A stretch of DNA of 64,000 nt from positions 124,001-188,000 of IMG/VR virus record IMGVR_UViG_3300044712_000810; one strand, given 5' to 3'. The notes under the pieces are model-generated. The model was not told where the DNA came from, did no database searches, and was given only the letters and a program-made list of their open reading frames with translations. The first letter of the stretch is position 1. Each line of letters begins with the position of its first letter. This document shows, one piece after another, positions 56,940 through 64,000 of this stretch. Made by a program: the position numbers and the translations under genes.

Positions 56940-57317
56940 ATGAACCCGCTTCAAACTTTAGTTGATATGTTTAGTGATGATATATGCATCACTGAATTGG
57001 AAAGAGTATTGTCTGAAAACTATATGACTAAAACTTTAGTCATCGTTGAAGACGAACAACAACTCGATGATATTTACAAAACGTTTAGTGAAACATCTAA
57101 ACAAGATTTTAAAGAATATGTTAAATTTGTTACACAACACAATTCAACATGGGACGTTAATGATCATATAACATTGGTCATTGCTTATCTCCCAACAATT
57201 TTAACAGGTCCTGTCAGTATTGTTGGGCTACGTAATTATTTGCGTGGCTATCTTGGACATTGCGCTTTTGAATTGATCGTTGCAACTCCGGCACCTGTAA
57301 TTGACTATCAAATTTAG
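56940..57317 (+). CDS. Hypothetical protein
   Basis: Promoter + AGGAGG. Confidence 0.65.
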   Translation: MNPLQTLVDMFSDDICITELERVLSENYMTKTLVIVEDEQQLDDIYKTFSETSKQDFKEYVKFVTQHNSTWDVNDHITLVIAYLPTILTGPVSIVGLRNYLRGYLGHCAFELIVATPAPVIDYQI

Positions 57318-57543
57318 GAAGGTGTATATGTCTCATGGACCTTTCCAACTTTTCATCGATGGTGTTGCACAATATCCATGGCATCTTGGCCTTGGTTATA
57401 CACAACATGTTGTGGATGATCTAAAGAAAGAACATAAAGACAAAGGAATTGAGCTTCCTTACTATGTTCTGGATCATGCCACCGGCAATAAACTCTTTCA
57501 ACATCCTTCGCCATTTGCGAAGATGGAGGTGAAACATGAGTAA
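57301..57543 (+). CDS. Hypothetical protein
   Basis: ORF in + operon. Confidence 0.55.
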   Translation: MTIKFRKVYMSHGPFQLFIDGVAQYPWHLGLGYTQHVVDDLKKEHKDKGIELPYYVLDHATGNKLFQHPSPFAKMEVKHE

Positions 57544-57823
57544 TAATCGAATAACTACTATGCTCACATTGGTACTTGTATTGATTCTCATGTTCGTTAT
57601 TCCATGCCTTAATAACGTTCGATTCGAACAAAAGGTATATGCTTTATGCATACTTATCTTCTGTGGACTTATAACACTTGGTCTTTCAATTCTCGATGAG
57701 ATAAAAATTCTTCGCGATGAATTCACAAAAGATCAAAAGGAACGTAAACGGCGATACGAACGATCGGTTAAGATGTCTTTTAGGCCGATGCGTGATCCTG
57801 ATGATCCGCTTCCGAGCAAATAA
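57536..57823 (+). CDS. Two-TM membrane protein
   Basis: GGAGG RBS; terminator follows. Confidence 0.6.
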   Translation: MSNNRITTMLTLVLVLILMFVIPCLNNVRFEQKVYALCILIFCGLITLGLSILDEIKILRDEFTKDQKERKRRYERSVKMSFRPMRDPDDPLPSK

Positions 57824-57890
57824 AGTAAGGGGCTTCGGCCCCTGCTTTTCTTTTTTACACAATAAGAAAAGGCCTTTCGGCCTTTCCGAC

Positions 57891-58085
57891 CTACTCGTCA
57901 ATATCACCTGCCAGTTCATCAAGAGTCGGCAGTTTCCTGGCACGAATACCGGGTGTATGCTCAGTTGTGCCTGTTACACGGTTAAAACTTCTTACCGTAT
58001 AGTGCTCTTTAGTTTCCACATCACTTAGTGGCAAGTTAGTATCATCAACTAACTTGTTTTTAGGTTCATAAACTTCTTTTGACAT
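57891..58085 (-). CDS. Hypothetical protein
   Basis: Minus-strand promoter motif at 58114-58124 + AGGAGG. Confidence 0.65.
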   Translation of the reverse strand: MSKEVYEPKNKLVDDTNLPLSDVETKEHYTVRSFNRVTGTTEHTPGIRARKLPTLDELAGDIDE

Positions 58086-58166
58086 AATGCCTCCTTAAAG
58101 TTACTAATAATATATTTCTATATGATATATTTAAATATACAATAAAAAATGGCCTTTCGGCCATTA

Positions 58167-58547
58167 CTAAACTTTTTCAATAACCAATTTCATTATTTTA
58201 TGTTTTAGCTCTTCGCACCACACCGACTTTATAATAGTATAATAAGTAGCATATAATCCACCAGGTAAATCTTTTAAGAAATATGTAACTAATTTTTTAT
58301 TCATATAGTTAATAACAACGATTGCATGATCATCGTCATTATCCAAATCTTTCATTGGATCATACATTTCATAATTTTCAACAGCAATACCTAATTTATG
58401 TAATATATGAGATTTATAAAACATATCATTAATATCATGTTCTTTATTATATTCTCGTAAATCTGTATAATTTAAATCAGGATCATCTTCACGATATACT
58501 TTTAAATATGTCATAACAAGTTTATAATCATCTTTTGTTGGTTTCAC
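58167..58547 (-). CDS. Array-family protein (..ELKHKIMKLVIEKV)
   Basis: Shared C-terminal motif. Confidence 0.65.
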   Translation of the reverse strand: MKPTKDDYKLVMTYLKVYREDDPDLNYTDLREYNKEHDINDMFYKSHILHKLGIAVENYEMYDPMKDLDNDDDHAIVVINYMNKKLVTYFLKDLPGGLYATYYTIIKSVWCEELKHKIMKLVIEKV

Positions 58548-58837
58548 AAGTTCTCCAGTACAAGTTTCTGCATTTTACATTTCATATCATCATCAAAGAA
58601 AGCCATAATAACATGTGTGAAATTTTGATGTAAATCACTTGTTTTATATAATGGGAATAAACCATTCTTATATTTAAATATGATATAATTTCCATCCTTA
58701 CTTGTTGAATAAATGTTTATATTTAATGCGTTATATACCGGTATGCAATGAATTGCCGAAGTATCTAAAAACAATTTAATAAGATCATACATGTCTTTGT
58801 CTTGTTTCATAATAATCCCTAAAAATAACGGCCCCAT
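58544..58837 (-). CDS. Array-family protein (..FDDDMKCKMQKLVLENL)
   Basis: Shared C-terminal motif. Confidence 0.65.
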   Translation of the reverse strand: MGPLFLGIIMKQDKDMYDLIKLFLDTSAIHCIPVYNALNINIYSTSKDGNYIIFKYKNGLFPLYKTSDLHQNFTHVIMAFFDDDMKCKMQKLVLENL

Positions 58838-58852
58838 ATAGGGGCCGAAGAT

Positions 58853-59434
58853 TTAGTTAAGGAGTGCACCCTCAGGTGCATCCAAAATTTCTTTTTTCCA
58901 TTCAGCAATCGCTGCGAGTTCTTCCGCTTTGTCTTCTTCGGAAACGCCTTCTTCGAAGACAGGATCGAGAACAGCAAGAACCATTTTGCGAATGCTTTTT
59001 GGCAGTTGTTTCAGGTATTCAGCCTGAACATCCAGATTGGGAATACTGTTCAAACGAGAAACAATCTCGGTAAGAAGCTCTTCCACTTCGGGATCACGTT
59101 CTTGACCAGGATGATCACAGGCATAAATATTTTCACCAAGATCATCAAGTTTTTCATAGGTGACAGATTTGCAGTTCTCGATATCTTTTTCCGTAACGGT
59201 ACGAATAAGAATGTTATCGAGATAAATCTCATCACCAACTTCAAGAGGATCCATCATCATCATAGGGAACATCGCCATCTCAATCATCATGTCTTGTTCG
59301 GACAGACCACGACCGATGAAATCATTCCTGATATCATCCTGAATCACATCAGGAGTAAAGATGATCTTGTTGCCGACCTGTTCACCATTGCGCTTAAAAA
59401 CAATTTCCTGAGTGTTCTCGAGAATATCGTCCAT
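58853..59434 (-). CDS. Acidic hypothetical protein with host-like codon usage
   Basis: 193-aa ORF; GAGG RBS. Confidence 0.7.
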   Translation of the reverse strand: MDDILENTQEIVFKRNGEQVGNKIIFTPDVIQDDIRNDFIGRGLSEQDMMIEMAMFPMMMMDPLEVGDEIYLDNILIRTVTEKDIENCKSVTYEKLDDLGENIYACDHPGQERDPEVEELLTEIVSRLNSIPNLDVQAEYLKQLPKSIRKMVLAVLDPVFEEGVSEEDKAEELAAIAEWKKEILDAPEGALLN

Positions 59435-59473
59435 AATTCCCTCAAAGAAGAGATAATCCCTTCTGGTTAGAGA

Positions 59474-59695
59474 TTAATCGCGAACCATGGCTTGAATTGC
59501 CATGTATTGAATTGTATGTGTGTGATGAATTGACTCAATCGTGTCTGCCATTAGCCGATGCTTAATGAACTGTGGTCCACCTTGTGGAAGATATCCATGT
59601 TCAAGAAGCTCATCAACTTTCTTTTGAAGTTGATCTGTTAAATCAGCAATATTTGCTGAAGGACCAACTCGAACAACTTTGTATTCGTACATCAT
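59474..59695 (-). CDS. DUF1737-like small protein
   Basis: YKVV...LQKKVDELLEHGYLPQGGP...QAMVR. Confidence 0.65.
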   Translation of the reverse strand: MMYEYKVVRVGPSANIADLTDQLQKKVDELLEHGYLPQGGPQFIKHRLMADTIESIHHTHTIQYMAIQAMVRD

Positions 59696-59859
59696 TCCTC
59701 CATTATTGTTTGTAGAATGAAATCATATCTACAAGTATAAATATTGTAATTATGATTAAACTTCCCCATGCACTCAACAGTAACACTGCAAATCCATCAA
59801 GATGTTTGACCATAATCATTCCTCCATTTTCAATATTTCTATATGAAATGTTTAATAAT

Positions 59860-59881
59860 AAAAAAAAGTCCCATGTGGGAC
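59860..59881 (-). terminator. Terminator closing the 14-gene array operon
   Basis: GTCCC-ATGT-GGGAC with A-run on the + strand. Confidence 0.65.
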
Positions 59882-59882
59882 C

Positions 59883-60152
59883 TTAAAGGTGTTTAATTAA
59901 TATTTTTTGTATTTCTTCTCTCATGCCATAGTCCATAAATTCAAAAATTACATCTTTTAATGTAACACATTCTGTTACATTTTTACGTCTGAACCATATT
60001 TCATAGTCTTTAAATTTAATTGATATAATATGCGTTTTATCACCACGCCATACACATTCTGTTTGTATATAATTTATAAGTTCATCAATTAATACATTTT
60101 TATGATTATTCGATTGCATCAATTCATATAGTTCTAGATCTCCGGGTTTCAT
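59883..60152 (-). CDS. Array-family protein
   Basis: Ends FMDYGMREEIQKILIKHL. Confidence 0.7.
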   Translation of the reverse strand: MKPGDLELYELMQSNNHKNVLIDELINYIQTECVWRGDKTHIISIKFKDYEIWFRRKNVTECVTLKDVIFEFMDYGMREEIQKILIKHL

Positions 60153-60406
60153 AAGTGTTCAATTAATGCTTTAAGCATTTTAAGTTTCATATCCTCATCA
60201 AAGAAAGGATCTATTATTGAATGAAAGTTTGTAGTTGGTACAACTTCATGATCTTTATATCTATAAATCATTCGTTCATTCATTGCATCCCATTCCCATT
60301 TTATATTCAATAAATTATGCCAATCAGGATATTTACTTGATCTTAATCCAAATGCATAATAGAATTGATCTATTATCTTATAATCTTCATCACTAATACG
60401 TGTCAT
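60149..60406 (-). CDS. Array-family protein
   Basis: Ends FFDEDMKLKMLKALIEHL. Confidence 0.7.
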   Translation of the reverse strand: MTRISDEDYKIIDQFYYAFGLRSSKYPDWHNLLNIKWEWDAMNERMIYRYKDHEVVPTTNFHSIIDPFFDEDMKLKMLKALIEHL

Positions 60407-60660
60407 ATATTCTCCACTATAAATTTCTTTAAGTTAAGTTCCATATCATCGTCAAGCATTTCTTTTACTATATTTTTACCATCAAAGTCATCATAATAAA
60501 CTTTAGATCTTAAACCTTTATATTCATATCCAATATATCTTTCCTCAGTGTCTTTATCCATCATTTGATATATATTAATTCCTAAATAATTTAATAACAA
60601 TCTTCTACCATTAGATAATCTAAATGCTATATCAAGTAATTCTTTTTGTTCATCTGTCAT
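60403..60660 (-). CDS. Array-family protein
   Basis: Ends MLDDDMELNLKKFIVENI. Confidence 0.7.
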   Translation of the reverse strand: MTDEQKELLDIAFRLSNGRRLLLNYLGINIYQMMDKDTEERYIGYEYKGLRSKVYYDDFDGKNIVKEMLDDDMELNLKKFIVENI

Positions 60661-60929
60661 AGTTGTTCCAACAAATACTTTTGCATGTTCACCCGAAGAT
60701 CTTCATCCCAGAAATGTCGGAATGCATTGCGTAATCCTTTTTTATATGGAATTCCATTTTCATGTTTATGTAATTGACCTTTATATTCATATAAGTTACC
60801 TTGAATGACTCCCTGGTGAATTATAAAGAAGTATTTAATGCCAATTTTTTTACATACATCTTCAGTCGATTCTAATTTGTCAGAAACTGAAATGTATGTT
60901 CTCATTAGTTGAAAGTCTGAACGAGTCAT
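60657..60929 (-). CDS. Array-family protein
   Basis: Ends FWDEDLRVNMQKYLLEQL. Confidence 0.7.
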   Translation of the reverse strand: MTRSDFQLMRTYISVSDKLESTEDVCKKIGIKYFFIIHQGVIQGNLYEYKGQLHKHENGIPYKKGLRNAFRHFWDEDLRVNMQKYLLEQL

Positions 60930-60937
60930 ATCTCTCC

Positions 60938-61225
60938 TTATATGTTTTGTATTATGTACTTCTGTATTAGAAGTGCCAACTCATCATCAACAAGTTTACA
61001 AATACATGACGCAATATAACTTATATAAAACTCATCATTAAGTCCATTTCTATATTCACGAAGTGTATCAACAAATTTAAATTTATAAGTTTTATTCTTA
61101 TATGTTAATGACCAATAATCTTCTAAATGATCATAATCCAAATCAAATAATGAATTCACGAAAAACTCATCACTGTTTTTATGAACTAAATTGCAATAAG
61201 TATAGACTAGATCATAATGTTTCAT
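60938..61225 (-). CDS. Array-family protein
   Basis: Ends LVDDELALLIQKYIIQNI. Confidence 0.7.
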   Translation of the reverse strand: MKHYDLVYTYCNLVHKNSDEFFVNSLFDLDYDHLEDYWSLTYKNKTYKFKFVDTLREYRNGLNDEFYISYIASCICKLVDDELALLIQKYIIQNI

Positions 61226-61479
61226 ATTAGGTCAAGTACTTCACGTTGGATTTTTATCTTTATGTCATCATCCCAAAAGTATTTAATGACTGCACGTTTA
61301 ATAGTCATAGATCTTTTGACCGATCCTTTCTTGATTTCATCTCTGTGTATGCCGTGTCGTTTATAGTAAAATGTCTTATTCGCAGTATTATATTCAATAC
61401 CAAGATCTTCTAATAATCTGGTATTGTTTCGTTTATATAAGAACGTATTAAGCATTTGACATTCAACAACAGTTAACAC
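61222..61479 (-). CDS. Array-family protein
   Basis: Ends FWDDDIKIKIQREVLDLI. Confidence 0.7.
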   Translation of the reverse strand: MLTVVECQMLNTFLYKRNNTRLLEDLGIEYNTANKTFYYKRHGIHRDEIKKGSVKRSMTIKRAVIKYFWDDDIKIKIQREVLDLI

Positions 61480-61748
61480 TACAACTCCTCCAAAATGATT
61501 CTTTGTATTTTAAGTTCTAAATCAAAATCCATAAGTGTTTCCATATTTTTAAGAAATGCTTTTTGTGAATATGAGAATACTGATTCAATTTCATAATCTT
61601 TATAATTTAATCTATCAGTATATCCTCTAATATCAAGACTATATTCAGCTCTTTCACATTCAATTCCAAGTTTTTCATACAACTCGCCTGTTTGAGTTTT
61701 ACCATGATATAGTATTAATAAATTCTTTTGCATTTCATTTAAACTCAT
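61479..61748 (-). CDS. Array-family protein
   Basis: Ends LMDFDLELKIQRIILEEL. Confidence 0.7.
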   Translation of the reverse strand: MSLNEMQKNLLILYHGKTQTGELYEKLGIECERAEYSLDIRGYTDRLNYKDYEIESVFSYSQKAFLKNMETLMDFDLELKIQRIILEEL

Positions 61749-62038
61749 AAAACCTCCACTAATATTTTTTGTATTGCTATCCGCATATCATCATCCAGTG
61801 CTTGTAATATTAAATCACCCATAAAAAGTATATCTCTTTCTCTAGTAATATTATACAATACATAATGCATATATACATTATCTTTATATTTTACATAAAA
61901 TACTTTTGATTCGTCATTATTATTCCAATCTGTATCATAATCACAATCAAATCCTATATTTGAAAAGAATCCATCCAATTCATTATCTGAATGATATTCA
62001 GCATACATAGTTACAAGTGCAATATCGGCTTCGATCAT
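61745..62038 (-). CDS. Array-family protein
   Basis: Ends ALDDDMRIAIQKILVEVL. Confidence 0.7.
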   Translation of the reverse strand: MIEADIALVTMYAEYHSDNELDGFFSNIGFDCDYDTDWNNNDESKVFYVKYKDNVYMHYVLYNITRERDILFMGDLILQALDDDMRIAIQKILVEVL

Positions 62039-62328
62039 ACTAACTCAATAATATACTTTTGCATTTCAAGTCGCATGTCTTCATCAAACAAAACCTCCAA
62101 AGCAGGATACATGTCACGGTGAAAATCAAAGAATGCTCGTGCATGTGGAATATAAACTCGATGTTTATATTTAATTTGATCACCAATACACACATATTCT
62201 TTATTAAATCTATATTTGTATTTGATTTTAAATCGTTCAAATAATTCACGTCTTGATATTAATCTGTTGTCATATATTAACTCAACAAATATATTTATTA
62301 ATTTACGATCATCTGCATTATCTGTCAT
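62035..62328 (-). CDS. Array-family protein
   Basis: Ends LFDEDMRLEMQKYIIELV. Confidence 0.7.
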   Translation of the reverse strand: MTDNADDRKLINIFVELIYDNRLISRRELFERFKIKYKYRFNKEYVCIGDQIKYKHRVYIPHARAFFDFHRDMYPALEVLFDEDMRLEMQKYIIELV

Positions 62329-62606
62329 ACTCGTTCAACCACATATTTCATCATATTAAGATACATATCATCATCCATAAGTGTTAATATTATATTAGAT
62401 AAAGTTGGTGGATTTTGCATTTCAGTTCCACGTTCAATAACTTTATCATTATACTTGTATACTGTGACTTCACCAAGATCTTCTTCATCATAAACACTTC
62501 GTTTAATTCCTAATGGAATAAATAGCTTTATATTAAAATACCCTGGTCTTTCTTTACTTCTAAAGAAATTCATATATGTAGTTAATAGTTGTTCTCTGTT
62601 TGTCAT
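62325..62606 (-). CDS. Array-family protein
   Basis: Ends LMDDDMYLNMMKYVVERV. Confidence 0.7.
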   Translation of the reverse strand: MTNREQLLTTYMNFFRSKERPGYFNIKLFIPLGIKRSVYDEEDLGEVTVYKYNDKVIERGTEMQNPPTLSNIILTLMDDDMYLNMMKYVVERV

Positions 62607-62842
62607 ATTAACTCCAGTAACAGTTTTTGATACTGAACTAACAAATCAGGATCTTTAAATGCCTTAACAATAGCAGATACATCTTCAATGGTTAGATGTT
62701 TATTAACCATGCGATATTCATAATTGGAATCACGTTTATAAAATCTAACTTTACCAACTTTATATTTATACATATCCATTCTAATATTTAACGCATTAAT
62801 AATCCAATACGACCAACCATCTAAATTTGTTTCAGGAGCCAT
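62603..62842 (-). CDS. Array-family protein
   Basis: Ends FKDPDLLVQYQKLLLELI. Confidence 0.65.
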   Translation of the reverse strand: MAPETNLDGWSYWIINALNIRMDMYKYKVGKVRFYKRDSNYEYRMVNKHLTIEDVSAIVKAFKDPDLLVQYQKLLLELI

Positions 62843-63111
62843 TTGTTGTACCTTATAGTTAGTTGTTCATCATCAAACTTACGTATTAGTATCCATAAGT
62901 TATATAAGTCATTAGGAAATTGTCGTTTAATAACAATCTTACCATAGTGTTTAGTCCATGCATTATCGGATGGGCCGGAATATTTAAATTGATATTTAGT
63001 TACGACTTTTCTATGTAAGTCATACGTATCTACTGATTTGAATTCACTATATGTTATATTTAATTCAAACAAAATTTGTGACATTCGATGAAATGTAATA
63101 TGTTTATTCAT
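62821..63111 (-). CDS. Array-family protein
   Basis: Ends FDDEQLTIRYNKWLLKQI. Confidence 0.65.
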   Translation of the reverse strand: MNKHITFHRMSQILFELNITYSEFKSVDTYDLHRKVVTKYQFKYSGPSDNAWTKHYGKIVIKRQFPNDLYNLWILIRKFDDEQLTIRYNKWLLKQI

Positions 63112-63359
63112 ACAAGTAACAACAATATTTTTTGATATTGAATTTTTAGATCAATATTATCAAATTCATTCACAATAGATTCAATATCTTCTAAACATGT
63201 TACATATTCTTTACGAATTACTTCTTTATTTTTAAATGAAAATTTATATCCATCATCAAAGTTATGATACATATGAGTTTTTATCTTTAACCCATCAAGT
63301 ATCATACGAAACCGTTTGGTTGAATAAAGAATCATTACCGATTTGCCAAGAAGGTTCAT
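63108..63359 (-). CDS. Array-family protein
   Basis: Ends FDNIDLKIQYQKILLLLV. Confidence 0.7.
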   Translation of the reverse strand: MNLLGKSVMILYSTKRFRMILDGLKIKTHMYHNFDDGYKFSFKNKEVIRKEYVTCLEDIESIVNEFDNIDLKIQYQKILLLLV

Positions 63360-63589
63360 ATAAGCTCCAGTAGAAGTCGTTGATATGCGATTGTTAGTTC
63401 TTCATCGTTGATAAATTCAACGATATCGGCAAGTCCATCAATAGTTACTGGGGCAGTACCCATGATACCAATGCGTTTACCTTTATAAAATATAGCAGAA
63501 GTCGGTGTGACTTTATCATTTTCATAAATTGTAGACATTTTGATATTATTATCACGAGTAAATTTAATAAGACAATCAAAAGGATTCAT
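63356..63589 (-). CDS. First gene of the array operon
   Basis: Start reassigned to ATG 63589 (GGAGG RBS, promoter 63615-63625); ends INDEELTIAYQRLLLELI. Confidence 0.7.
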   Translation of the reverse strand: MNPFDCLIKFTRDNNIKMSTIYENDKVTPTSAIFYKGKRIGIMGTAPVTIDGLADIVEFINDEELTIAYQRLLLELI

Positions 63590-63647
63590 TTTATCCTCCT
63601 TAATACACCAAACTATTTCTATATGAAAAGTTATAAAACTAAAAAAT

Positions 63648-63678
63648 GGGCTATACGAGATCTTAGCCCGTATAGCCC
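63648..63678 (-). terminator. Terminator upstream of the array promoter
   Basis: GGGCTATACG/CGTATAGCCC 10-bp stem with A-run. Confidence 0.7.
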
Positions 63679-63689
63679 AATAAAAAAAC

Positions 63690-64000
63690 TTATTTTGGAT
63701 ATGTACTCTTAACAAAATCTACTTTTGCAATTAAGTCTTCCATATCTTTACCAATATTGATATTCTGTGATTTAAGTACTTTAAATCCTTTTATGATTGC
63801 ATCCAATTGTTCACCAAAGTATTCATATGAAATATTACGTAACTCTTGATAATTAGTTTTAATAAAATCTGGATCGGCAATAACTGGGACTGGATCCCCA
63901 ATCATAATATGATAACGTTCAGTTGTAATTGGTGGTATTGGTAAACCATGTTGTTTATCTATAACATCAACTATTGGCGTATCATATTTAAAGTTATCTG
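63690..64000 (-). CDS. Hypothetical protein (probably starts beyond the window edge)
   Basis: ORF track 63690-63905; the frame appears to continue toward the window end. Confidence 0.45.
   Translation of the reverse strand, partial: DNFKYDTPIVDVIDKQHGLPIPPITTERYHIMIGDPVPVIADPDFIKTNYQELRNISYEYFGEQLDAIIKGFKVLKSQNINIGKDMEDLIAKVDFVKSTYPK

Larger units (their letters stand above)
7541..63625. promoter_or_regulatory. Dispersed phage promoter family HAYATAGAAAT (about 30 copies)
   Basis: + strand: 7541, 10816, 11592, 23740, 25989, 28378, 29058, 29386, 30938, 31486, 31789, 32597, 33655, 36209, 36969, 38914, 40213, 41710, 42346, 44219, 45248, 46587, 48185, 50242, 51303, 56232, 56907; - strand: 58114, 59835, 63615. 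Most are followed by an RBS and a co-oriented gene. Confidence 0.8.

Noticed and set aside
1-64000. Stop-codon reassignment
   Set aside because: Recognisable genes (HK, PhoH, endolysin, fibres) are full length in the standard code, and TAG/TGA serve as ordinary stops.

Overview
AT-rich (roughly 30% GC by eye) segment of a large, probably jumbo, tailed-phage genome. No capsid or terminase gene is in view. The call rests on tail-fibre/virion genes, a GH108 endolysin cassette, PhoH and dense arrays of tiny ORFs. Two TPR proteins resemble Desulfovibrio-type families, which hints at a sulfate-reducing host (inference). Bases 1-27.5 kb are mostly a minus-strand late block: virion and lysis genes plus two clusters of two-component signalling parts. 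Bases 28-64 kb are small early-type cassettes driven by about 30 copies of a bipartite motif (WATATT-N9-HAYATAGAAAT) and closed by GC hairpin terminators. The most striking element is the unit at 38914-40198: an uncharacterised 250-aa gene followed by a ~440-nt structured RNA. That RNA holds two circularly permuted tRNA modules (3' half before 5' half, each with an internal CCA, anticodon loop replaced by long stems). It ends in a 32-nt hairpin carrying the alanine identity elements G3:U70 and ACCA. Other notable items are a shared N-terminal M(I/L)S leader on scattered late genes (including split LigD domains), more than 20 small proteins sharing a C-terminal helix motif, and several further structured-RNA candidates. 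All family assignments come from motif recognition by eye; no searches were run.
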